NCBI GenBank assembly: GCA_964019425.1
Contig: OZ025789.1
Location: 620,001-684,000 of the forward strand
Length of the DNA: 64,000 nt
Source of the DNA: Flectonema sp. DT1601
Taxonomy: Eukaryota
Direction of reading: 5' to 3'
Made by a program: the position numbers and the translations under genes. Below, in pieces: positions 48,001 to 58,645 of this stretch; position 1 is the first letter of the stretch; each line of letters starts with the position of its first letter. A model generated the notes under the pieces. The model saw only the letters and a program-made list of their open reading frames with translations, did no database searches and had not been told where the DNA came from.

Positions 48001-49820
48001 TCTCTCTCTGGATGAAGCCGAGTGGCTTTATAAATGACTCACACACACCAGATGAGACGTCGCCAATTCTTTATTCAGATGCGGAATTCTCAGAGAATCG
48101 AATCTATGCTAATGGAATGTGGTGGTTGGGAGTTCAGTACTTCGGGTGTGCCACTGATCCTATACCTGGGGGACCTCCTCCAGATGAGTGGACTCACATA
48201 TTTGCAACACTCCGATCAGAAGGTCTCAACTCATTCTGTGAAGTTTACATAAATGGCCACCTTCACTCAGAAAAGAGACTAGCACCTATGTATGGAGCAG
48301 CTCCAAATGCAGAACCAAATCGACTTGGAGTTCACTACGAGGGGTTGATTGATGATTTTATAATTTTCAACGACACATTCAACCCTGAAGAGATATCCCA
48401 ATTTTATAAAACAGGAATAATGAAGAGGAGTATTCGATCAAGGGAATGGACGTATGACGTCTGTGAGTTTAATTTTGGACCACATCAATTTCTAATTGGA
48501 CTAATGATCCCAGCAGAAGACATACTTCGAAGATTAAATAAAGACAGCGCTGCTCTTGTTAACGACCTTATGATTCTGGATAGGAATACTTACGCTAGAC
48601 TAGATCAACTCATCGTTGAAGCAGTTCTTATAGTTATGGTCAGCGTCTTGGCTTCTGTTTTAATATTCTTATTATGCAACGATTTCTTAACAAAACCATT
48701 CTCATCATTCGCGAATCGATTAACAGCAGTAGCTGCAATGCGGCTAGACAATCACCAACCTCAGAAAACTTTTATCAGAGAAATTCATAAGCTTGAAGAG
48801 GCAATGGAAACTATGATGACAAACATTCAAGAGTATAAAAATTATGTTCCGAAAGACCTATTTATTGCGGTTGAAGTTGATTATTCTAGTGATAAAATTA
48901 GTAGCTCTGAAGAGTCTTCGTTAGGAACTTCAACCGGAAGTGTTACTCCGGGACAACCTCTGAACTTATCATCGTCAAGATCCGAACCACTTTCTAATAT
49001 GAAACAGGTTCAGGAATTGAGATCTGCCTTGGAATTGTCACTTGTTAAGAAAAAAGTTTCATTCTTAGTTGTTAATATTTCACACTTTCAACACTTAGTC
49101 GAATCTCTGACTGACGCGTCACTTATTGAGACTCACGGTACTTATATCAGTACTACCTTAGTAACGATAGTTCTTAATAAGGGTACCCCTGATAGTTTTA
49201 GTGGTGATAGAATATTGGCAACTTTCAACGCTGTGAGACCAGTTCCGACCCACCGACAGGCAGCGTGTAAAAGTCTCGTTGTACTTAAAAATAAATTACA
49301 AGAATGTAATGCGACTTGTACGTTGACGTTTACTGCTGCTATTGCGTCGGGTGATTCTAAAGTAGGTAATATAGGAAGTGATACCATGAAGAAGTTTACT
49401 TGTATATCAAATGTTGTGAGTTGGGTTTATGCTTTGGAACGTGTCGCTAAGAAGCTTCGAGTCCCAAATTTAATTGACACTGGAGTCTATGAAGATGTTA
49501 AGACTTTCTTTACTACACGACACACAGCAATGGTATTCTACAACAAAAGAAGTGAAAAACAAGTAAGGGTTTCTACTCTAATTCGATGCAATGAAGTCGC
49601 GTTGGAAGAATGGATGTATACTCTCGCTCGCAATGAAGAAAGGGATCCATACGTCGCTTGGAACATTGCATTGGAAGCAGTTTTTTCTGGAGATTGGGAA
49701 ACAGCAACATCATTTTTTCGTCGACCAGCCGTTGGCATTGCTGACGAGAGTACTGTTCGCTACTTTCAGAGATGCTGCAGTGTGAAGGACTACTTTCCAA
49801 TTAATGTCCTATTTAATTAG
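45036..49820 (+). CDS. Multi-pass receptor-type protein: PA domains, LamG/ConA-like domain, HAMP-like linker, degenerate class III nucleotide cyclase
   Basis: Signal peptide; RGTCFFFEKGKNAAQAGA (PA); FSISLWMKP...WTHIFAT...VYING...GLIDDFIIFN (LamG); FSGDRILATFNA and GNIG cyclase motifs. Confidence 0.8.
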   Translation: MLIRLVEVIALVVVVEGGWPQCITKPETCYEKIHGDFAYAIRSASSGKNPHSVMKSFISMGEDSFGELCNRENWNKRESCTHCPLRVVISDPPDLQMEVCAKDNIFDPFVPDAHIDMYHKLNGQKLELLLSGNTDEQNLACSPTDLYDGKNYTGKMVVSIRGTCFFFEKGKNAAQAGASASIIMNPNHALSRDWRIPVMAGRSNGLGDMPSVAVHYYRFDRIVKALKDGIKVTGSIQLSCSQPESYHEYVDLDCPLPYFVSMCNMPRFSSQNRLCSKCTFTVEMGGKDVCIWGNDLFPRKKRNHILRRSDYPSLPFETDMAVYIPHDGCDLSMFNSNLKDKFVFIDIEEKCFLNAIHAIQEVGVAGVFLCRKDNRPFEFPSENLKIPFHRVNASNYSTVIDFSLKNGKLFKLSPDYEAHELPSLVVKEWTVDLPFVHLLPAEQPPSHIRLKSSDFIWSFAVIFCIVLFLLLSVAFIVRHVRQPKSTLGKSASRNTIPLSSASAMLSVTLLLTMAASAFALSYNSGLEIATTTKTETNVVVRLSHANAAENIRHLNELWRSVLLEDTVLTTASFFETGSRLARSLASAYVSYNGTWDSFHELFFIQHSLKFNWLHQIKMKNGFFASKNVVSDFVKSPEANKTENGYDCGLLSTTVHDNGILTYKTKISKTQYNPMRVVAGEYRNPFDTIAGVDMGGLVYVQNSYNILFMAEADISRKAPLTIATPIYTALSQTEPVGVIEVHRGSRHLSDAIISSIKSSPEAENITFFIAHRTTGAIIANSYSTIKHIDMFPFSANYRPATELYTLFNIAEIQQRALGMKLYNAGSGSFGVGFKQLSGGSHKMGGLFDQKDYYKETVSNVILKFDFEMTDEFGRIIDRGPEHWKAENRDGSCSGSSCLHEVTVNSHGPKGNRAMHFDGKSILYIYQNLTTDTPRIASSRIQANPWQSTSTAWNKSMTYSDGTEVLIFSEDTSKTPLPIVREAWYLHVFSISLWMKPSGFINDSHTPDETSPILYSDAEFSENRIYANGMWWLGVQYFGCATDPIPGGPPPDEWTHIFATLRSEGLNSFCEVYINGHLHSEKRLAPMYGAAPNAEPNRLGVHYEGLIDDFIIFNDTFNPEEISQFYKTGIMKRSIRSREWTYDVCEFNFGPHQFLIGLMIPAEDILRRLNKDSAALVNDLMILDRNTYARLDQLIVEAVLIVMVSVLASVLIFLLCNDFLTKPFSSFANRLTAVAAMRLDNHQPQKTFIREIHKLEEAMETMMTNIQEYKNYVPKDLFIAVEVDYSSDKISSSEESSLGTSTGSVTPGQPLNLSSSRSEPLSNMKQVQELRSALELSLVKKKVSFLVVNISHFQHLVESLTDASLIETHGTYISTTLVTIVLNKGTPDSFSGDRILATFNAVRPVPTHRQAACKSLVVLKNKLQECNATCTLTFTAAIASGDSKVGNIGSDTMKKFTCISNVVSWVYALERVAKKLRVPNLIDTGVYEDVKTFFTTRHTAMVFYNKRSEKQVRVSTLIRCNEVALEEWMYTLARNEERDPYVAWNIALEAVFSGDWETATSFFRRPAVGIADESTVRYFQRCCSVKDYFPINVLFN

Positions 49821-50647
49821 GGAATACATTTTCTTACTTTAAACTTTTTTTTTTGAGTTAACGTCACGCATGCGAAATGAAGTTCTTTTAATTTATGCAT
49901 ACGTTGGTTTGGTGTTTTCATTTTTTTTTTTTTTTGTTTCATTTCTGTCTTTTTTTTTTGTACCTTCAAGTTGAAAAAGAAAATTTCAAAAAAGAACGGG
50001 AAAAAAAAAAAAAAGCAAATCCAAAAAATGGATTTATTTATCTTTTTTGCTTTTAACATTTCACAAGTTTTATTTACACACCTTTTTTTATTTTTATTTT
50101 TTTTTTATATTGTTTTTGATATCGATATCTATTACCCGATATCTGTTATTGTTCGTTTTGTTTGCTTGCGGCTCTTACCTTTTAAGTGTTGAATTATTCT
50201 CTCACCAGCTAGTAGTTTAGCTACCGGTTGGTTTACTTTGCAACACTCTGCTTGCCAAAAAATAGCTTTTTTTTTTGCAAAGTCATTAGAGCCCTGGTCA
50301 CTCGACGAGCTCGGAGAGCACCTGGTTTCAACCATAGTGCTTAGTCATAGCAATTGCTTTATTTATTTTTTAAATTCTCCTTTTTTTTTTTTTTTTTTTT
50401 TTTTCTTCTCTCGGTTGCTTTTTTCTTTAAGTCCAACAACATTGTTAGGATGGGAAAAAAAAGAATTGACGCACACTTTTACCTCTCCTTGGGTCTTGGC
50501 TGAGCAGTTGGGAATGATGCCGTGCTGTTTTAGTCTTTTTTTTTTACGTTTTCTTTTTTTTCTTTTTTAGCTTTCCGTAGAGCATTTACATTAGCAGAGT
50601 TTTTCTTTTTTTCATAAAATAAAAACTGTACTACAACATTAGCTCTG

Positions 50648-50937
50648 TGGAAATCTGATGACTTCCTTTCTTTTTCATCTGAGATATCATTCGTGAGATG
50701 AGATAATAATAATCATTTACTCTTCACAGCAAGCATACATACACATACTCGCGACTGCAAAAAAGCAAAACCCGTTTGTGTGTTTCGTAAAGGGTTTTCC
50801 GAGTGTTTCTTTAACCCCCATTATACTTCACTCCTCAGGAATTACCGAACAAGATTAAAGGCTCAATTATACTTTTTTTCATGAAAAACTGTACTGGAAA
50901 TCTGATGACTTCCTTTCTTTTGCATCTGAGATATCAT
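50648..50937 (+). repeat. Local 43-bp direct repeat (50648-50690 and 50895-50937)
   Basis: TGGAAATCTGATGACTTCCTTTCTTTT(T/G)CATCTGAGATATCAT, one mismatch. Confidence 0.9.
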
Positions 50938-51132
50938 ACGTCTCTTCGATAAGAATTTATTTATTAGCTGATTCGTTATATTATTTTAAAGAACGAAGCT
51001 ATAATAAAACAATCCTAATAAGATTGGGTCTAAATACGTTGCTGTTGCCTTGTAGCTCTAGGGAGTTAACCCGATGCTCCCTAGTTTGCTGTATCTATCA
51101 GCGATGCACAGTACGCAATGTATTGGACTTCC

Positions 51133-51879
<747 letters not shown>

Positions 51880-52584
51880 ACTTCGGTAACTACCATGTGG
51901 GACTCGCTTAGGGTCTACCAGTGGAGGTTGCCAAGCTGCTTCTAGGAAGCAGCATATGACGGGGTATTTCGGTTCTTCGTAACCACTTTCCCTGCAAGGT
52001 GCATTCTACCTAAAGACTCCACCAAGCTAACATATGGCGAGGAGGAGCATGACTGACCATTTCAGTCATTTTCTGCATTAACATAATATTATGTTCCAAC
52101 GAATTATTTTGATATTTATTTTTCTTTTATTTCCCCATTTTTATTTTCCTAGAAACGCAATTTTGATTATTACTTTTATTTACATCTTTTACCACGGTAA
52201 GGTAATGTGAAACGGGCCCTGCTCATCTCTCTATTTTACTCCTTTAAAACTATTTTCCTTTTCTTTCTAAATTAATCTCTCCTCTCTACTTAGTCAACGA
52301 GCAAGATTTAACCTGGACCCCTTCTAGCTCTCCACCTAGCAACGAACAACGTTTAGCCTACGTTTTTTACCGTTCGAAATTAGGTATGCTTTTAGGGCAC
52401 GAAAGGCTATGAGCTTAGCGGATAAGTGGTTTCTGATCGTGTTAAGATAACCCCCCTCTCTCTGAGGGTAGAAGTCGATACCCGCCTACAAAAAACTTCT
52501 GTAAGCACGAGGTTTCTTCGAATACTTTTAGTTCTCTTCCTTTAAAGAGAAAAAGCCGCCGCTTTAGGCAAAAAAATATTTCAC

Positions 52585-55500
52585 ATGCGACACCCGAACT
52601 ATTTTAGGACGGGACCCAATGCAAAGGGGTATAACTTTGCGAAAAAACCCGGAGGGGTCGAAAACTCAAAGTTTTGGGGATTCCCAAAACAACAACAAAA
52701 AAGCAATAACCAAAGATTTCAATCAAAAAACGTTTCTAGACCCCATTTTTCCCGCCCCCATTCCCATTCACCAGTCAATGCAAACAAAGCGCTACGGACA
52801 GCGCTTTTTAAAGTCCTGCCTTTAAGGGACTTCCTTCTCAGGAAAATCACGCACACCGGCAAGACTCTACGTGTTTTAGTAGAACAGCGAAGCGGTAAAC
52901 AGCTACCGTTTAATGCAATTAATACAGCAATTCGCAGCGTGGGTGCGGGGAACCTTCGTATCATCATCGAGGGAACAGCAAATCAGCGCGCACAACAGCA
53001 AAGTTACAACCAGAACCCATGGAAAAAGAGCCAGATGAAAAAAGTAGATCATCTGTTTGCCAAACCATCACAGCACCGGCACAGAAGAAGTTACGGGCAA
53101 CAACGAGGCGGCCGTCTTAGACACTCGCCGCTGTCCAACTTCCACCATCGAAGCGAAAACGTGCAACACCGAAACAAGCGAAACTTCGATGGTATTGACT
53201 GGAAGTTATATGAGAAGAGCTGCAATAGGCAAAGGATGTCTTTCGTAAGAAGAAACCTCTCTCATCGTAAAATCCGCGGAAAACAACCAGGACTTCGAAC
53301 TTGCGGTGTAATCTATGCACTGTTTAGACGCTCCGACGGCAAAGTAATATACGTCGGCCAGACAGCTAACTCAGCACTGGAGCGAGCGCAGTCCCACTGG
53401 TACCAAGCAAAGAAGTGGTCACGTGACAGAAGGCAGAACGAAAATCGTCTGATGCAATACCTGTCACAGGAAAGGCTACCTCCACTAACAATCCCACTCG
53501 AGAAAATCCCAAGCAATCATTACCACAATGCTTCGGACTTCTACAGAGCTGCTGCCCCTCGAGAGCAGCATTATATTAATAGTTTTGGAAAACTTCTAAA
53601 TGTGAGAGGTTATTACTCACCAAAGCTAAGCTCTCAACGATCGAGAAAACACCAAAACCGCCCGCCACGCCCTGTTCGCCAACAACAGATGCCATCTTTC
53701 AAGTCACAGAATGTATACGAGCAGAACAGGTTTTATTTCAGTGAAGTTAACGATGATGGCGAGGACTTTGAATTATTCCAACAATCAAAACCAACCGCAA
53801 CAATTACATTAGAAAATGGTGTGTCATTTGAAGTTGAGACTTCCTACAAATGGTTGCCATCGAAGCTCAACTTTTTATTTGCTATGCCTGAAGACGAATT
53901 TTCGAACTACGACTTTACTCGTTGGCAAACAAATACAACTACAAAGGTACTTCAATTCCTTCGTTCTAATTTCCACCAAGAACGTTACACAGCCCGTGTA
54001 AAGTACCTCGAGAGCTGCTTTATGGAAAGATTGAATCCAGCAACACTACGCCGTCTCAAAAACAAAAAGGAAGCAAACAGCTACTGGCTTAAACTGAACG
54101 TCAGCCACAAGGCCTTAGATAGATTGAATCTAGGAGCAATTCTACACAGTGACGAAGTTAAGGCAGTCTGTCCAAATTTAAAAACCTTAAGCAGAACTAG
54201 AATCTGTCACAAACTGGGTACAACTGTAGGAGATATTGTATTAAACGCCACTTCTGTTGGGAATGGATGCGATGAACCCCTCTGTTCACCATGTCCCTGT
54301 TGTACTCTCGTTCCAGGAAGTATTAAATTCGATGGCCACGCCTGCGGTCTAGCAGTAAATCTTCCCGTATCTGCCGAATTACGAGATTTCTTTGCACGAG
54401 GACAGAAATTCAGAGTTCCAAAGCACCCCGCTGCAGCAATGGACTCGCTCGAAAGCGACATAGCAGTTTACGTAGATAAAGCTTACAGAAACACCACTGA
54501 CGATATTAAACTTCGCTTCAAAAACGTAATTCTTAAGCATCTCCACACCAAACTGAGCCGAGACCTTTCATTCCTTGACTCCCCGCTGTCAAGCAAAGCT
54601 CTCAAAGAACTTTCTTCACTACAAAATTCGATGGTTCTCTTAAAAGTAGACAAAGGACAACATGATATTGGTTTCATCTGTAAATCCTTCTACCTGAGTC
54701 TCCTCAGCAAACAATTAGGAGGTCCAGCCTATCAACAATTGAAAGCAACAGAGGAAATCACTCTAGCCTTCTTAGCTGAGAATAATAAAATCTTAGGAAA
54801 CAAGCATGCAGATAGACTACCACATCTCTACGGCATGATTAAATTGCACAAGTCAGCTATTGGGATGAGATGGATTTCGGGAGCCTCTTCACTCACAGGA
54901 ACGGAGAAGCAGCGTCAATTAGACAAGGAGCACAAAACGGCACCCGCAACAGCCACAACACACGCCCATCTGCATCTATCAAGTATTCTTAAAAATGTGA
55001 TGGCTCTACTAAAAGAAAAAGATATGAATTCAAAATACAAACGTTATTGGATAGTCGAATCTGATAAAGACATAGCTGCTGATATTAAATTAAACACAAC
55101 TCGACTAAAAGGCCTATCTCCCAAGACGCACGACTTCACTACGATGTATACACGACTACCCCACCAGGAGATCAAAGATAAAGTGAATGAAGCAATTAAA
55201 GAAGCATTCGAATTCAAGAATATTATGCGACTTGAATCTAATGACCCTGCGACCTACCGTGCTTTATCACAGTTAGAATGTAGAGCGCTTCTAAGCTTTT
55301 GTGTGGATAATTCTCTAATTTCAATGAGAGGAAAACTATGGAGACAAGTAGTTGGCATTCCCATGGGCGGCAACGCAAGTAGCGATATAGCTAATCTCTA
55401 CTGTTACAGAATCGAATCTAAATTTATGGATGACCTTGTAGCAAAAGGAGAGTTAGATTTAGCACGCAAACACGACTACTCTTGCCGGTACATAGACGAT

Positions 55501-56688
55501 TTCCTTACATGGAACTGCAACCCACCACCAGCAGAATTATACTCCATGAACTACACCGAGACCTCTAATGGTATTGATGATGTTTCATACATTGGAATTA
55601 GAATCCGAATCGAAACCACCAGATCAAACAACAGGTGGATACGTCTAAGCGTTAACGACAAAGCGCGTGGTTGGCATATCATACCAACAAGATTCACCCA
55701 CCAGCACTCAGCTGCTCAAGAATCGATGGGTACTGGTATCTTCACCACCATGCTCCTACGAGCACTCAGAATCTGTAATAATCAGGCAGATCTTCTACAA
55801 GAGCTCGAGTTCGTAACATACAGACTACTCAACCGAGGATACAAGTTTAAGAACCTCGCAGTAGCTTGTCACAGCTTTATCAACTTATATATTGACGATG
55901 GCAATGTTGCAGCTGCAATTCGAAGACGACTAAATATTACTTCCGAAAAGTTTAATCATGGTATCCCTGTAAGCGACGAAAAAGACACCATTAATCATAA
56001 AAGTTCCACACTTCACACCTTAGACAAACGATTCCCAATACAATCACATCAATCTTCAGGGGAAGGTCTAATCGGAGGTGAGTGTGGATGGGCATCGCTG
56101 AATTTTGTTGCAGACCATCTTTATCTTGACCGAATTAATTTCAGCTATTTGCAAGAACTACAACAAACATTCTACGAAGAACATCAAAAAGTAGAACCTG
56201 GCAGCAACGAGCAAAAACCATCCCCGGATGGTTGGTTCTCTTTAACCGTTCTGGGGGTAGCAAGTAAACATAAACTCAACAGGGAAATCCACCAATATGT
56301 AGATCCCAGTTCTATGGACTACCCAACAATAGCCGCCGCATTCATTTTAAACAAAGCTGGTGCTAGAATGTCACACTACATGGTGGCCCTTGTCTCCTTT
56401 GATTCCATTATTGTTAGAGACATTCTCAAAGGAGCGACAGACCGACGATTATCATTCGACCATTTTGACAGACATTTTAAACGCCCAGAATATTGTTTTC
56501 ACATGATTTTAAGAAAAACTCTGCAGGATAATAATAATGATAACGACTGTACCATGGCACCCTCGAATGAAGGAATTCTACTCCTCACCAACACTAAGGA
56601 AAAGCGCAAGAAAGACGACTACAGCTCCGATGAAGGAGAACTCGCACTCGTAATAAAACGAACAGATGTAGAAGAGATAGAACGCTGA
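52585..56688 (+). CDS. Retroelement polyprotein: basic N-terminus, GIY-YIG endonuclease, CxC/H linker, PLE reverse transcriptase, Josephin-like protease
   Basis: GVIYALF...IYVGQT...R...H...REQHYI...LLN; CPC...GH...RGQKFR; DKG, KLHK, DFTTMYT, QVVGIPMGGNAS, RYIDDF, SYIGI. Confidence 0.92.
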   Translation: MRHPNYFRTGPNAKGYNFAKKPGGVENSKFWGFPKQQQKSNNQRFQSKNVSRPHFSRPHSHSPVNANKALRTALFKVLPLRDFLLRKITHTGKTLRVLVEQRSGKQLPFNAINTAIRSVGAGNLRIIIEGTANQRAQQQSYNQNPWKKSQMKKVDHLFAKPSQHRHRRSYGQQRGGRLRHSPLSNFHHRSENVQHRNKRNFDGIDWKLYEKSCNRQRMSFVRRNLSHRKIRGKQPGLRTCGVIYALFRRSDGKVIYVGQTANSALERAQSHWYQAKKWSRDRRQNENRLMQYLSQERLPPLTIPLEKIPSNHYHNASDFYRAAAPREQHYINSFGKLLNVRGYYSPKLSSQRSRKHQNRPPRPVRQQQMPSFKSQNVYEQNRFYFSEVNDDGEDFELFQQSKPTATITLENGVSFEVETSYKWLPSKLNFLFAMPEDEFSNYDFTRWQTNTTTKVLQFLRSNFHQERYTARVKYLESCFMERLNPATLRRLKNKKEANSYWLKLNVSHKALDRLNLGAILHSDEVKAVCPNLKTLSRTRICHKLGTTVGDIVLNATSVGNGCDEPLCSPCPCCTLVPGSIKFDGHACGLAVNLPVSAELRDFFARGQKFRVPKHPAAAMDSLESDIAVYVDKAYRNTTDDIKLRFKNVILKHLHTKLSRDLSFLDSPLSSKALKELSSLQNSMVLLKVDKGQHDIGFICKSFYLSLLSKQLGGPAYQQLKATEEITLAFLAENNKILGNKHADRLPHLYGMIKLHKSAIGMRWISGASSLTGTEKQRQLDKEHKTAPATATTHAHLHLSSILKNVMALLKEKDMNSKYKRYWIVESDKDIAADIKLNTTRLKGLSPKTHDFTTMYTRLPHQEIKDKVNEAIKEAFEFKNIMRLESNDPATYRALSQLECRALLSFCVDNSLISMRGKLWRQVVGIPMGGNASSDIANLYCYRIESKFMDDLVAKGELDLARKHDYSCRYIDDFLTWNCNPPPAELYSMNYTETSNGIDDVSYIGIRIRIETTRSNNRWIRLSVNDKARGWHIIPTRFTHQHSAAQESMGTGIFTTMLLRALRICNNQADLLQELEFVTYRLLNRGYKFKNLAVACHSFINLYIDDGNVAAAIRRRLNITSEKFNHGIPVSDEKDTINHKSSTLHTLDKRFPIQSHQSSGEGLIGGECGWASLNFVADHLYLDRINFSYLQELQQTFYEEHQKVEPGSNEQKPSPDGWFSLTVLGVASKHKLNREIHQYVDPSSMDYPTIAAAFILNKAGARMSHYMVALVSFDSIIVRDILKGATDRRLSFDHFDRHFKRPEYCFHMILRKTLQDNNNDNDCTMAPSNEGILLLTNTKEKRKKDDYSSDEGELALVIKRTDVEEIER

Positions 56689-56742
56689 TCAAAAGCAAAT
56701 ATATGCTAGCCCGTCCTGGCGAGCTCCGATGGACATTAAGAA

Positions 56743-56971
56743 ATCAGTTCTTTTAAAATAGACCAATTGATGGATCCGATTTATTATTTAACTGGAATGA
56801 AGTCCCTCAGAACTTACTGATGAAGGCCTAAGAGGGACAAGTAGTATAAGATTAAGGCCTGAAACTACGTATTCCACAGTGTATTATGGAACAGCAGAAC
56901 AATGTGTTTTTATAACTTTTCTTTTTTATATTTTATTTTAGTGCACTTTTTTATAACAAACTCATATTCTA
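56743..56971 (+). repeat. Right pseudo-LTR (229 bp), followed by about three TATC units
   Basis: Appears identical to 51651-51879; continues TCTATCTATCT to 56982. Confidence 0.95.
56802..56868 (+). ncRNA. Second copy of the family 1 hammerhead, cleavage predicted after A56846
   Basis: Same sequence as 51710-51776 at an offset of 5092 bp. Confidence 0.8.
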
Positions 56972-57002
56972 TCTATCTATCTAAAACAGATAGAAACCAG
57001 CA

Positions 57003-58304
57003 ATGCGACTGTCGTTAGTATTTCCAGAACACGGGTTTTTCCCAACGTAATTTTCAACGCAACTGCGGATTCTCGTGTAAGTGATGACGACACAAACAGC
57101 AGCAGAATGGAAATTTCATTTGAGGGGAAGCTGCTTCCATCAAGAACACTGTTGGAATCATATGGAGTGAAATCAGATTCACAACTGGTAGTTAGTGGGT
57201 TAAAATATTATTCAAAAGACTGGTTCACTGACCATTATAAAAAGAAAATAAATGATTGAACTGTCTTAACTCCACTGGAGAGCTTCGCTTAGACACTCCG
57301 ACATTCGTAGTTGATGTCTGCCTTGTATTTAACAATAATTGGAGTACAATTAATGTTATAAGGTTGTATTTCTGTAATTCTGTTTCTTCTGTAACCCGCG
57401 TCTCAGAGATGAAAAATGAAGTCCCTGAACATTTCTATTATCGATTTATCAGGACTTTCAGACATTACAGTTTTTTGGTGATGATTTTCTTAGATATTCC
57501 ATTCGGTCAATAATGTAGACTTTTCTGATCTTCGTAGTGTGACAGCCATTGGAGAATGTTTTCTTGAGAGAGTTGATTTATCTCCATTGAGCAGTTTAAC
57601 TTCTATAGGTCGACGCTGTCTTTATTAATGTTTGATGTCTGATATAAACTTATCAGGTCTGAGTAACATTACCAATGTTGGAGAATACTCTCTAGCAGAG
57701 TGCACGAAGGTCGAGACAAATTGATTTGTCATCATTCGGTTCTCTGAGCGCTGTTGGTTATTATTTTCTTTTTATGTGTACATTAATCACGACATTAGAC
57801 TTTTCGTGCTTTGAAAGTGTCACGTCAATTGGGAGGTCATCTCTCTCTGGATGTACGGGTCTAACAGCTCTTGAGTTGGGTAGTTTTAAGAACGTCACGT
57901 CAATTGATGATTTGTTTTTAAGTAATTATTTTGAATTAGAAAAAGTAGAATTACCGATCCTTTCACAGCATCGTTTTCGTTGGTAGGTTCTTCCTGAGTA
58001 ATTGCAAGTCGCTTAGGAAGTTTGATACTTCTTGTTTTCGAAAACATCTTGTTGATTAGTGATTTATTTATGAACGCTTGTTCTTGACTGAGGTAGACTT
58101 ATCAGGTTTTTGCAACACCTCCGCAATTGGAATCTTCTAAACTGTACATCAATCAACACAGTTGACCTGTCACATCTTAAGAAAGTTGTTTCAGTAGACG
58201 ACTTTCTTTTTGATAAGTGTCACTCACTGAAAACTGTATCAGGTCTTAGTAATCCAGTCATAGCGAAGGGTTTAAGAGAATACCTTGCGGTATTGCCTTC
58301 ATAA
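57003..58304 (+). pseudogene. Disrupted ubiquitin-like + leucine-rich-repeat (BspA-like) gene
   Basis: Fragments such as ISFEGKLLPSRTLLESYGVKSDSQL, FESVTSIGRSSLSGCTGL and VDLSHLKKVVSVDDFLFDKC lie in different frames with multiple stops. Confidence 0.8.
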
Positions 58305-58645
58305 ATATAGGTTTCATTATTCTAATTGGTTTTTCTTGAGCTGTTTTTTCGTAGACCGATCAGAACTCGTGGTTTTTTGAAACTTTGTGTTGAAATCCGG
58401 GATTTTTTGAAAATTTTTGTGCGGAATTAGGGGGATTTCCCAAATAATATACACATTCTTTGCGAAAATCGAAAAGGAAGACGGCAGAATGCGTCTGCTG
58501 AGAATTTGAGAATTTGAATCTAAAAAAAATTCGAGAGAAAAAAAACACTTTTTCTATGTTCTTGATGCATGTGGTCTTTTGGCGTTGTAGGAGAAAACCT
58601 TTTTATTATATTTTTAGATTCTCCTCCTCAGTCTCTTTTCAATTA

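Noticed and set aside
56686..56709. Selenocysteine read-through of the element's TGA stop
   Set aside because: Adds only a few residues before TAG and I could not identify a SECIS element.
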